This document shows positions 52,298-61,363 of a stretch of DNA of 62,664 nt, piece after piece. The translations under genes were made by a program, and so were the position numbers. Under the pieces are notes generated by a model, which was not told where the DNA came from, did no database searches, and saw nothing but the letters and a program-made list of their open reading frames with translations. Numbering within the stretch: the stretch's first letter is position 1; each line of letters starts with the position of its first letter. Origin of the DNA: Gammaproteobacteria bacterium (GTDB lineage: Bacteria; Pseudomonadota; Gammaproteobacteria; M30B25); contig JAGYIW010000005.1 of assembly GCA_018402195.1 (NCBI GenBank), positions 1 to 62,664 of the forward strand. Reading direction: 5' to 3'.

Positions 52298-54604
52298 CTA
52301 TTTCAGGTCAAGATCAGCCAAAGCTATCTTAGTGTCCGAAGTAAAGAGTAAACCAAATCCAGTGCCCTTAGCAACCTTAACAGTTGTAGGTTTCTGGAAA
52401 TTATTGCCCATCACCTTAGCATATTGAGAGCCAGCTTCACCCAAGCCCATATACATGCGGTCACGGTTACTCTTAATATTCAAGGTACGCTCAGTTCGAC
52501 CACCATCGGTAGTCACTGTACCCTGAGAAGCCACTGCCTCTGCAAACCCCTTCAAGAAGGATGAAGCAAACATACTACCATAACGCAACAAGTAGTGGTG
52601 ATCCACACTAGAGGCCAAAGCTGTTTCTGCGGTTTCAGGGTCAATGGCAATGGCATTAATGGTCGAAGAAGCAGAAACCGTAGGCACACTAATGGTCGTA
52701 AACGTCAATGCTGCCCCTTCCTCACCAGACAAATCAAATGACCCTAACAGCTTAGAGCCTTTCAAAGGCCCCGAAACCACAGAAGCCATGACATGAGACT
52801 TAGCGTCGGTATTGACCTCAGTACTCAACACTGCGTAAATAATATCACCAGCTTTGATTTTAAACACTTGCGACGGTGGCAACAAATCAACCGATTGCAC
52901 CGCACCTTCAACCTTAGGTTTTTCATCACCTTCAACCATGGTTTGAGGCGCAGGTGGAGACCAAGTCGATACCAACTGAGTTGCCTGAGTAAGCATATTG
53001 CCTTCAATTTCTTGAATCTGCTGCTCACGCTTAGCCTGTATCAATTGGGCAGTCTGCTCTAATCTCAAACGCTCTAGAGGGTCGGTGATATGGGGATCAA
53101 CCTCAGGCACACCCGTATCAAGCAAATTCATGTTTTCTTTCTTCTCAGGGATACGAGTGGTTGACTCAGCTGTCTGAATTTCTTCCACATCAAACCCAGC
53201 TCCTTTTAACTCCTCAGCAGAAACACCAGCAGCAGCCAATCCCAACACACTACATCCTCGCTTTTTCAAATCTAATGCTGAAGCGCCAGCTTCACGCTCC
53301 TTTTTCAACTCACTGACATCGCAAGAAGTAGACATATCTACAGAAGCAAAACCAGCTCGGATCAATTCACCCTCACTAAAACCTGCTGCTCGCAGTTCCT
53401 CAGCTGTAAAACCTGCTGCTCGCAGTTCCTCAGCTGTAAAACCTGCTGCTCTTAGCTCAGCAGCTGAGAAACCGGCTTCACGTAATTCAGTCGCAGAAAA
53501 ACCTGCTGCCCTAAGTTCAGCGGCAGTGAATCCAGCATCTCTTAGCTCTAAAGCACTAAATCCAGCCGCCTTTAACTCAGCAGCAGTAAAGCCAGCCGCT
53601 TTAAGCTCTGCGGCGGAAAAACCGGCTTCACGTAATTCAGCCGCAGTAAAACCTGCAGCACGCAATGCCGCAGCATCACAACCCCAAGATTTCATTTCTT
53701 TCAAACTAACGGCATCTTCCCGAGCTTTTTTCAATGAAGTAATATCACAGCCCTTACCTTCAGCTAACAATGCTTTCGCAGCATTGATACTATCATGAGA
53801 AAATCCTGTAGCCAGCAGTTCTTTTTCGCTAACACCTGCCGCCAACACCCTAGAAGCAGAAAAGCCTGCAGCTTTTAAGTCTACTGGCGAAGAACCTGCT
53901 GCTAAAAGTTCAGCAGGACCAAAGCCTGAAGTGCGAAGCTCAGCAGCACTGAAACCTGCGGCCAAAAGTTCTTCAACGCTAAAACCAGCAGCCATTAACT
54001 CTGCCGCACTGAAGCCAGCCGCTCTTAATTCTGCCGCACTGAAGCCAGCTGCGCGTAACTCTGCGGCACTAAAGCCTGCTTCACGCAATTCCGCTGCAGT
54101 GAAACCTGATGCCTTTAACTCAGCTGCGGAAAACCCTGCCGCCCGCAATTCAGCCGCTGTATAGCCCGCTGTGCGCAATTGCGCAGCAGAACACCCTCGG
54201 CAACGCAGTTCAGCTGCTGTCACCCCTGCTTCTCTAGCTTTACGCAAAGATTCAATATCACAACCATCTGCTTCAGTAGCAACGTCCTCAACCTCTTTAA
54301 GCACCTTACGTGTAATGGTAGGCACTGCACTGCCTGACGTGGTCTTAGAGGCCTGTTTGGCAAGCTCAGCATTGGCCAATTCTTGCGCCTTCACATATTC
54401 TGCCGATGGCGTAGAAATACCAGGCACAGAAGCCACATTAGGTGCTTCAGTCACACTAGAATTCTGTACAACTGGCTCAGACGAAGTCGCAGAGCGAAAT
54501 ATGGCCACAACAGCCACCACCAACACAACGGCAACTCCCAAGCCAATAAATACACGGCCTTTACCGTCAGGCGCTTTAAACTTTGGTATTTTGTCATTTG
54601 CCAT
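52298..54604 (-). CDS. icmE: Dot/Icm core protein IcmE/DotG (VirB10-like C-terminus, decapeptide repeat array)
   Basis: 768 aa. N-terminal TM segment, about 28 tandem AAELRAAGF(S/T) decapeptides, and a C-terminal TrbI/VirB10-like beta domain. Confidence 0.88.
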   Translation of the reverse strand: MANDKIPKFKAPDGKGRVFIGLGVAVVLVVAVVAIFRSATSSEPVVQNSSVTEAPNVASVPGISTPSAEYVKAQELANAELAKQASKTTSGSAVPTITRKVLKEVEDVATEADGCDIESLRKAREAGVTAAELRCRGCSAAQLRTAGYTAAELRAAGFSAAELKASGFTAAELREAGFSAAELRAAGFSAAELRAAGFSAAELMAAGFSVEELLAAGFSAAELRTSGFGPAELLAAGSSPVDLKAAGFSASRVLAAGVSEKELLATGFSHDSINAAKALLAEGKGCDITSLKKAREDAVSLKEMKSWGCDAAALRAAGFTAAELREAGFSAAELKAAGFTAAELKAAGFSALELRDAGFTAAELRAAGFSATELREAGFSAAELRAAGFTAEELRAAGFTAEELRAAGFSEGELIRAGFASVDMSTSCDVSELKKEREAGASALDLKKRGCSVLGLAAAGVSAEELKGAGFDVEEIQTAESTTRIPEKKENMNLLDTGVPEVDPHITDPLERLRLEQTAQLIQAKREQQIQEIEGNMLTQATQLVSTWSPPAPQTMVEGDEKPKVEGAVQSVDLLPPSQVFKIKAGDIIYAVLSTEVNTDAKSHVMASVVSGPLKGSKLLGSFDLSGEEGAALTFTTISVPTVSASSTINAIAIDPETAETALASSVDHHYLLRYGSMFASSFLKGFAEAVASQGTVTTDGGRTERTLNIKSNRDRMYMGLGEAGSQYAKVMGNNFQKPTTVKVAKGTGFGLLFTSDTKIALADLDLK
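53180..54262 (-). repeat. 30-bp coding tandem repeat array inside icmE (3 modules)
   Basis: Decapeptide units are organised in 3 blocks, each opened by a Cys-containing header: GCDIESLRKAREAG..RGC, GCDITSLKKARED..WGC and SCDVSELKKEREAG..RGC. A perfect 2 x 30-bp duplication lies at 53381-53440. Confidence 0.9.
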
Positions 54605-54607
54605 GGC

Positions 54608-55654
54608 TTAATAACCCTCAAGTGTCAATGTTACAGTTTCACCATCTTTGGATGCCAACACAACCGGTGTCATAGGCATTTCATAAGCGTACGTTCCATC
54701 AGCGCTTGCCATTCTGGCAACCCAACCAGGAGACAAGACGGACAAACGGGTCCTTAAATACAAACGGTCACTAGCAAGCCAGGCCTGCGCCGCAGCACCC
54801 TTAATGTTTACAGCATGCCCTCCTTTAGGCGGCAGACCATCCAACACAGCCAACAGCATACCATTGTCAGACAGATTAACAATCGAACGAGTTGGTGTTG
54901 CTTTAGGCCCATATTGCGGCACCTGGACATCGACACGATAATCCACGGCACGCTGACCAGGCATAAGCGTTAACATCACAGGGGTACTCAAGCCTTCAAG
55001 CATGACAGCCAAGTTACCTGATTTATACTCAGTAATCGCCTGCAACATCATGGTGCTACCCGTTTTATCCCATTGAATATTGTAACTGCTAGGGTCCCCC
55101 AAATCATAGGATTTGATAGGCCAAGGTGCACCTGTAGCATCTAGAAACACCAAAGAGGTAATAAAGCCAGAAGACAAGCGAATAACCGGGGGTGTAGCGC
55201 CCGGGGACAAATCAACAATCTTTGAAGTCGATGTTGGTTTAGGCGGCACCAGGCCCACCTGAGCAGAAGCCTTCTTGTTGCGATTGTACAGTTCTCTCAA
55301 CGTACCAATTTGCTCAGGCGACATAGGCATTAAATTATTAGTCATTTTAGCAAAAATTTGATCTCGCAAAGAACTCTCTTTAGCGTTACTCTCTTCATGT
55401 TCAGCCAACAAGCCATCTCGCATCGAGCTTTGCAACCTGACCTTTTCTTTATTGGGATCAAAATCACCATTTTTCTTTGCTCTCTGCAATTCAGCAAGCT
55501 TTGCTTTCTCTAATGCCACGTCTTGATTTTTAAAATCATCACCACCTAATCCCACGGCAGCATAAGCATAAGACATGCTGAGCACCAGCAACCCCGACCA
55601 AATCCATTTGCCTTTTCGCTTATTGAGTGGTTGGCCCAATATCAATTTGATCAT
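54608..55654 (-). CDS. icmK: Dot/Icm outer-membrane core protein IcmK/DotH
   Basis: Start set at MIKLILGQ (signal-like WSGLLVLSMSYAYA), 348 aa. Assigned by position between icmL and icmE. Confidence 0.8.
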   Translation of the reverse strand: MIKLILGQPLNKRKGKWIWSGLLVLSMSYAYAAVGLGGDDFKNQDVALEKAKLAELQRAKKNGDFDPNKEKVRLQSSMRDGLLAEHEESNAKESSLRDQIFAKMTNNLMPMSPEQIGTLRELYNRNKKASAQVGLVPPKPTSTSKIVDLSPGATPPVIRLSSGFITSLVFLDATGAPWPIKSYDLGDPSSYNIQWDKTGSTMMLQAITEYKSGNLAVMLEGLSTPVMLTLMPGQRAVDYRVDVQVPQYGPKATPTRSIVNLSDNGMLLAVLDGLPPKGGHAVNIKGAAAQAWLASDRLYLRTRLSVLSPGWVARMASADGTYAYEMPMTPVVLASKDGETVTLTLEGY

Positions 55655-55655
55655 A

Positions 55656-56285
55656 TCACTTACCCTCTGATGCAATGTACTGGCTAATGGCAATGCCATC
55701 TGAATTTCTATACATAGACACACGCTGAATGTTAATAATCACATCAAGTGCCTGTTGAATATTAGTCTCATTACTCTGATAAGTCACCAAAATAGGCATA
55801 CTAACTTGCCAAGTATACAGACCGTTAATAACCCCTCGCTTCTCAATCAAGGGCGCAGCTGTAGGCACCGCCGACACCAGTAAATTCTTCTCTAAAACAG
55901 TCTCAAGATTTCGGGCAGATTGGAAAACACGACCAAATTCTTGCCAGCCTCTGGCAGTAAAATAATGCGACGAATCTTCTAATTGCTCACGAAAATGTAC
56001 AAAGTCAAAAGAGTAAACCGATGTAATCACCCTGTTCGCCCAAGCCAATAACTTAGCATCAGACACCATAGGCTCTGACAAAGGAATAACACTGGCAAAG
56101 TTGCCATCACAAGTCATGGCAAAGAATTCAGGGGGGCGTTTTTGAGTCTTACTCAAATGAGAATTAACAAAAAACAGCATAATCGCAGAAGTAAGCAAAA
56201 CCATAAAAATCAGTGAAAGCTTTCGATAGCCATCTCTGTAAAAATGGTTTCTTTCGACAACAATTTCAAGCGATTGCTCAGTCAC
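55656..56285 (-). CDS. icmL: Dot/Icm IcmL/DotI paralog 2 (VirB8-like)
   Basis: 209 aa. N-terminal TM segment. Shares F(Y/F)A(V/M)TCD, LL.WAN, GW.(E/G)F and R(G)V..G.YTW.V..P.LV.YQ with the neighbouring paralog. Confidence 0.8.
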   Translation of the reverse strand: MTEQSLEIVVERNHFYRDGYRKLSLIFMVLLTSAIMLFFVNSHLSKTQKRPPEFFAMTCDGNFASVIPLSEPMVSDAKLLAWANRVITSVYSFDFVHFREQLEDSSHYFTARGWQEFGRVFQSARNLETVLEKNLLVSAVPTAAPLIEKRGVINGLYTWQVSMPILVTYQSNETNIQQALDVIINIQRVSMYRNSDGIAISQYIASEGK

Positions 56286-56406
56286 GCGCTATCTCTCTCC
56301 TTAAACCGACGGGCCAAATATTTGACCACTCTTCCTTGTCGTATCCTACGCATAGGACCCAATATAGCCCAATCACACAACCAACACAAGCTCAGGTAAT
56401 CACTCA

Positions 56407-57036
56407 TTATCCATTGAACCTTGACGTGTTGAATTGCATAATCGCAATCCCTCTTGGTGTTTGCACTACTGGAACACGAGAAATCACCAAACGTATCAAA
56501 ACCTTTTCTTGAGTCTTCACAGAAGCTGTTTGATAAGAAACCAATAATGGTACAGCAACACGCCAAGTATAACGCCCTTGCATCACGCCACGGCGCTCAA
56601 TCACAGGCACGTCAATAGCCACAGCACTCACCACGGTTTTCTTTTCGACCATAGGGTCAACCTGACTACTTCTAAACTCAGGATAAAAGCCCTCCCATCC
56701 CTGTTTAGAAAAGTATGGACGCAGCTCATCCATACGCTGACGCCAATTCACAAAGTTGTAATTGTATGCAGCTATCGCAGCAACATTTGCCCATTGTAGC
56801 AACTGGTTGGAAGACACTATCGCCGCACTCAATGAATTGAGTTTAATAGGATCAGAGTCACAAGTCACCGCGTAGTACTCAACTGATTCATCTTTGGTTA
56901 CCAGCAAATAACCTGCCCGAGCGATCAAAACAATATTGATCACAGCCAACATCATAACCACTGTCATAAGTTTACCGGCACCACGGGGATAAAACCCCTT
57001 ACGCTTTTTGGCTTCCATCAATGAATCATTACTCAT
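56407..57036 (-). CDS. icmL: Dot/Icm IcmL/DotI paralog 1 (VirB8-like)
   Basis: 209 aa with the same architecture. It occupies the position immediately downstream of icmN, where Legionella has icmM. Confidence 0.8.
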   Translation of the reverse strand: MSNDSLMEAKKRKGFYPRGAGKLMTVVMMLAVINIVLIARAGYLLVTKDESVEYYAVTCDSDPIKLNSLSAAIVSSNQLLQWANVAAIAAYNYNFVNWRQRMDELRPYFSKQGWEGFYPEFRSSQVDPMVEKKTVVSAVAIDVPVIERRGVMQGRYTWRVAVPLLVSYQTASVKTQEKVLIRLVISRVPVVQTPRGIAIMQFNTSRFNG

Positions 57037-57094
57037 TCACCACTCCTCAACTATCGGCACAAGATACCTCCCTCAGCCAAACAAGCAACACAGG

Positions 57095-57616
57095 TCAATG
57101 GCTGTCATGGAACAAGACCACCAGACGCCTATTACGGCCTTGGCTTATACTTGCCCTATCGTTAGCTATAGGGTCCTTAGCCCCCAAACCTTCAAACCTG
57201 GCCCAAACCACTTGATCCAAATTTTTCCAAAGATATCGCATCATTTCTTCGGACTGATTTTTGGATACCAGCTTATTCAAAGCATCGTTGCCCAAGTTAT
57301 CAACATAGCCTTTGACATCGAAACGATTAACCTTGTGATCTTTCAGGTAAGCGACCAAACTTTCAAGCATATCAAAAGCTTGTGGCTTGAAATTCGCGGT
57401 CCGAGCATAAAACAACTGGTCACTGGGAACAACGATGGTAACGTCCTGGCCCACTTGCACTTTCTGCATATCCAGCACAGCCCGTTCATCATCCATTGCC
57501 AACCAGCCACAGCCCGTAGTCAATAAAACAAAACCAAACAAAAAAGCCATACGCATGGCAGCTATGACTCTCGAATAAGTGGTATCTTTGCGCCCCAAGC
57601 GCTTAAATCGAAGCAT
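57095..57616 (-). CDS. icmN: Dot/Icm lipoprotein IcmN/DotK (OmpA-like peptidoglycan-binding)
   Basis: Lipobox LLTTGC. OmpA_C-like region VKGYVDNLGNDALNKLVSKNQSEEMMRYL...GRNRRLVVLF. Confidence 0.82.
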   Translation of the reverse strand: MLRFKRLGRKDTTYSRVIAAMRMAFLFGFVLLTTGCGWLAMDDERAVLDMQKVQVGQDVTIVVPSDQLFYARTANFKPQAFDMLESLVAYLKDHKVNRFDVKGYVDNLGNDALNKLVSKNQSEEMMRYLWKNLDQVVWARFEGLGAKDPIANDRASISQGRNRRLVVLFHDSH

Positions 57617-57749
57617 ACGTTCATCCTAGAATCAATGTTATACATATCCTCTATTTAGTCTACCGAGTCTACACGGAACTGACAACTATTATTTGTGTTT
57701 TTTATGAGCTAGAATCATAGGTAGGCTCTATTCACCACCAAGTAAAAAA

Positions 57750-59015
57750 ATGGATGAACCCTATCTAATTTCGCTTGGTTTCTGTGAGTCTTGGCAATTA
57801 GGCAACAGAGACAGGATTAAGATGGTGCGTAATCTCGCGCGTAGAGGCGATTGCATTCACTCACCCATAGGCACTTACTACTTTAACCGACCTGATGCCA
57901 TCACTCACGTACTACAAACCCATGCAGATTGCTTTGTCAAACAACACACGCCCTATGATCAAATGATGGGTGCGCTAGGGCCAGGCGTACTCACACTAGA
58001 TGGGAAAGACTGGGATTTATCGAGACACCGATTACAATCTCATTTTACTGCCAACACTATCGAACAAAGCTTAAGCCGCGCCATACCTTGTCTTATGGCA
58101 CACCTAACAAGTCAAACCAATGAACCGTTCGACCTAAAACCAGTCCTCCACAACATGGTCACTGAAGCCATGCTACACATACTTTGTGATTTTACCAGCC
58201 CAGGACTGACACACAGCGCCATCGAGGCGATCTCCCTAAGCAACCTTGAGATATCACGCTTTGCTCCCTGGCATCGCCCAATCAATAAACGCAAAAAACT
58301 ACAAAAAGCGCTAAAAACGCTCAACAAAGAAATTCTAGAAAACATCGATAAATTCAGCAGCAAAGGATTACTAGGGCCTATTATAGAGGGGTACCAACAA
58401 CAGCAAATCCCTACAGAAAATTTCTTGGGGGAAATGAAAAATTTTCTCATTGCTGGAGCTGAAACAACAACGTCAACACTTGCTTGGGTGATTTATAGCA
58501 TCACAGCCCAACCAGAAATCTGGGCAAAAATAAGTGACGAAATCCGTAATAACCCAAATCCCCGCACCTGGTGCTCCCCCCAGTCACCCTACACACAAAT
58601 GTGTATCCAAGAAGCCATGCGTCTCTATCCATCTATTTGGACTATCCTACGCCGCAGCATTAAAAAATCCACTTTTGCCAATATCACCATAGCAAAAGAC
58701 AATTTCATTATCTTATCGCCATTTACTCTACACAGACATCCCGCATTCTGGACTAACCCAGAACAGTTCGATCCTGAACATTTTACGCCCAATCAAAAAC
58801 AACAACGCCCCAAAGGAGTCTACATCCCTTTTGGTATAGGCAAAAGAATATGTATAGGCAAACAACTAGCCATGGCGATCATGAAATGCATACTATTCGA
58901 ATGGATAAGTCGCTACGATCTGTCCCAGCCTGACATTCAACATCCTGGAATGAGCCCTTTGGTGACATTACAACCCAAACGCCCCATCATGATCCGAGCA
59001 AAAGCTCTCAACTAA
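57750..59015 (+). CDS. Cytochrome P450 monooxygenase
   Basis: 421 aa. I-helix AGAETTTSTLAW, ExxR (QEAMRLYP), PERF-like DPEHF, and Cys-ligand loop FGIGKRICIGKQLA. No membrane anchor. Confidence 0.9.
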   Translation: MDEPYLISLGFCESWQLGNRDRIKMVRNLARRGDCIHSPIGTYYFNRPDAITHVLQTHADCFVKQHTPYDQMMGALGPGVLTLDGKDWDLSRHRLQSHFTANTIEQSLSRAIPCLMAHLTSQTNEPFDLKPVLHNMVTEAMLHILCDFTSPGLTHSAIEAISLSNLEISRFAPWHRPINKRKKLQKALKTLNKEILENIDKFSSKGLLGPIIEGYQQQQIPTENFLGEMKNFLIAGAETTTSTLAWVIYSITAQPEIWAKISDEIRNNPNPRTWCSPQSPYTQMCIQEAMRLYPSIWTILRRSIKKSTFANITIAKDNFIILSPFTLHRHPAFWTNPEQFDPEHFTPNQKQQRPKGVYIPFGIGKRICIGKQLAMAIMKCILFEWISRYDLSQPDIQHPGMSPLVTLQPKRPIMIRAKALN

Positions 59016-61363
59016 GATTTCTTGTCTTCTTTCTGAGGTGCATTATCAAAGGCAGTGATTAATTCGTAGATAGCATCAGCCGCATGACTTGGCTTTAATA
59101 TTGGCATGTGCTGGGGTGGGTACTCAGTCGCAGCCTCAATATCCAACATGATTTCATTGCGCATCTTAGCAGCTGCTGAATCACCCTGCCCTGTCAAACG
59201 CTCAATCAAAAACATATCTTGATGCACAGATTCAAAATCCAACATCGGCGAACAATAGTCCTCCATATCGGAAGTGATCACACTGCCCTGCAAGTACTCA
59301 GTAAAGACGATTTTGGCAAAAATATTGATGTAACCAGCACTAAGCTGCTTGGCTTGCAAACCTTTAGGCATATCTCCAGCAATTTCTTTTTGATAGTCAA
59401 GCAGAACATTCACACCTACTTCAATGGGACTGGCATTGATATCGCTATGGAGTGACTTGAAAACTTTTTCAAGAATGACGCTTTCTTCTGGCTGAAGACC
59501 AAAGCCAGGTCCTTTTTGGGTGGCTTCTTCAAACAACTCAAAGCTACGCGCCAAATGATAAAGGTCACGATCTTTAGGTGCCTCAACCCGCAAATAATGA
59601 TTCAAACGCATTTCCTGAGCAGGCTCAGGATTAGCATAAAACATCTTAGCGCGCACAAGCTTTGACTTAAAGAACACGTGCGCCTCACCCTCACGTTGGT
59701 CTTTCAAGTCAAGCAAGTCCACCCGAGCCCGCTTATCAACCTTGGCCGTTTTGGTGTCCATATACTGGCCACTGATACTTTTTTCATCAGATTGAAAGCT
59801 CTCAACCGTAGTCACAAAAGATTCACCTGCGGTTTTCAAGAAGAAATCCCATGTCTCTAGGGGATCTTCCAATTTCATACAAATCTTGATATTGGTGTTC
59901 GCACCAATAGACATGGCCTCTTCTTTAGAGGCTTTCTGGAAGGCAGGTAAATCTTGCCCCGCAAAAATCACCGAAAAACCAAGCGACCGTGCCTGAGCAG
60001 GCACTACAGCAAAGCCTTGCACGGCATAATAACCATATTCATCCAAGACACACAAATAGGGAGTAGGCGCATTGGTAGGCTTTCGCGTCACCAGCTCTCG
60101 ATAAGTACCTTCAACAGCATCACCCAAACCAGCAGCCATCATGGTACGTAAGGAAGCGATTACCACCTTACCAAGGTTGGCCAATTCATCAGGAGATTTT
60201 TCCAAAGCTGGCAATAAAACTACCAAAATACGGCGATTAAGCACCACGTCTTTAAAATCAACCTCAGCCATTTTCACACGAACAATGTGCCCATAGGTAT
60301 CAGCCAAAGAAGTAAACACGCGGGTGAGCTGCATGGTGATAAAGCCATGCTGTTCAAGCACCTGGGAAACCTGCTTACCCTTTTTCGCTTTATTGTAGCC
60401 TGGCAAAGTTTTCAGGTAGTTATGCATAGGTTGCAGAATAACATCTGGCAAAAAGTCCATACTCACAGCTTCTTGACCATCACGAATAAACGCATGATCA
60501 ATAGACATGGCCTCAAGACGATCAAGCTCAAAATAATTACGAATGGTATTAGCATCCAAAAGGATATGATTAGCGTCACGCATAGCCACCAACACTTTCA
60601 TCAAAGCTTCCACAAAAGCAATAGCACGCCCTTTCCACATGTCACCATCGCTTGAGTTACCACTTGAATCCATCAAACTAACAATCAATTGTGTTAACAT
60701 ACTTGAGGAACCCGTAGCAAAAGGGTTGATAGTATTAGATATTCTTTTTTTCTGCGGCCCAATAATGTCCTTGGCACCCGTCATAAAGTTTATTAGCAGC
60801 AAATCATCATCACGGCCCATGCTTCTTACCATGGAAAAAACCTTGGCAAACAATGAATTGTCACCTTTACCATCGACATAAATAAAGCCACTACTCTGGA
60901 CCAAGGCATTATAAGCAATCGATACCAGTGCTTCGGTTTTACCAGAACCAGTAGAGCCAAAAATCAACACGTGCGTCCGCATATCTTCATTCGTAAACCA
61001 CATCTCTTGATTGTTACGAATCTCATTACCAAAGAAGTAAATACCTCTAGCAGTATTGGGTGTATTAACTGTACCTGGTTTGGGATCATTGTAATCCAGC
61101 ATATTAGAACGCATTGGCATACGAAAAGGCAAAGTATGCTTACGAGTGATAGAGAAGAAAAAACAACCCAAGGCTGACAAAAATAACACATCAAATAGGC
61201 CAGGATAAAACTCGATAAGCCCCGCAATGACCAATATAAGAAATGCTACTGCGACAGGAATCTTGAAAAAATCACTGATGCGCTCACCCATACTGCGCGT
61301 ATCACGCAGCAACTGTGCTGACTTCTGTTCGTGCTCTTCACTTAAACCACGTTGGAACGCCAT
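59012..61363 (-). CDS. icmO: Dot/Icm type IV coupling protein IcmO/DotL
   Basis: 783 aa. Two N-terminal TM segments, Walker A GSTGSGKTE, and Walker B-like region LCVLDEYGYY. To my recollection this is about the same length as Legionella DotL. Confidence 0.9.
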   Translation of the reverse strand: MAFQRGLSEEHEQKSAQLLRDTRSMGERISDFFKIPVAVAFLILVIAGLIEFYPGLFDVLFLSALGCFFFSITRKHTLPFRMPMRSNMLDYNDPKPGTVNTPNTARGIYFFGNEIRNNQEMWFTNEDMRTHVLIFGSTGSGKTEALVSIAYNALVQSSGFIYVDGKGDNSLFAKVFSMVRSMGRDDDLLLINFMTGAKDIIGPQKKRISNTINPFATGSSSMLTQLIVSLMDSSGNSSDGDMWKGRAIAFVEALMKVLVAMRDANHILLDANTIRNYFELDRLEAMSIDHAFIRDGQEAVSMDFLPDVILQPMHNYLKTLPGYNKAKKGKQVSQVLEQHGFITMQLTRVFTSLADTYGHIVRVKMAEVDFKDVVLNRRILVVLLPALEKSPDELANLGKVVIASLRTMMAAGLGDAVEGTYRELVTRKPTNAPTPYLCVLDEYGYYAVQGFAVVPAQARSLGFSVIFAGQDLPAFQKASKEEAMSIGANTNIKICMKLEDPLETWDFFLKTAGESFVTTVESFQSDEKSISGQYMDTKTAKVDKRARVDLLDLKDQREGEAHVFFKSKLVRAKMFYANPEPAQEMRLNHYLRVEAPKDRDLYHLARSFELFEEATQKGPGFGLQPEESVILEKVFKSLHSDINASPIEVGVNVLLDYQKEIAGDMPKGLQAKQLSAGYINIFAKIVFTEYLQGSVITSDMEDYCSPMLDFESVHQDMFLIERLTGQGDSAAAKMRNEIMLDIEAATEYPPQHMPILKPSHAADAIYELITAFDNAPQKEDKKS

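Noticed and set aside
53180-54262. Regular 30-bp tandem repeats that might be a CRISPR-like or satellite array, together with the long Ala/Ser-rich plus-strand ORFs (53526.., 53931.., 54171..).
   Set aside because: The repeats are contiguous with no spacers, and they are in frame within icmE, where they encode the DotG decapeptide repeats. The plus-strand ORFs are antisense shadows.
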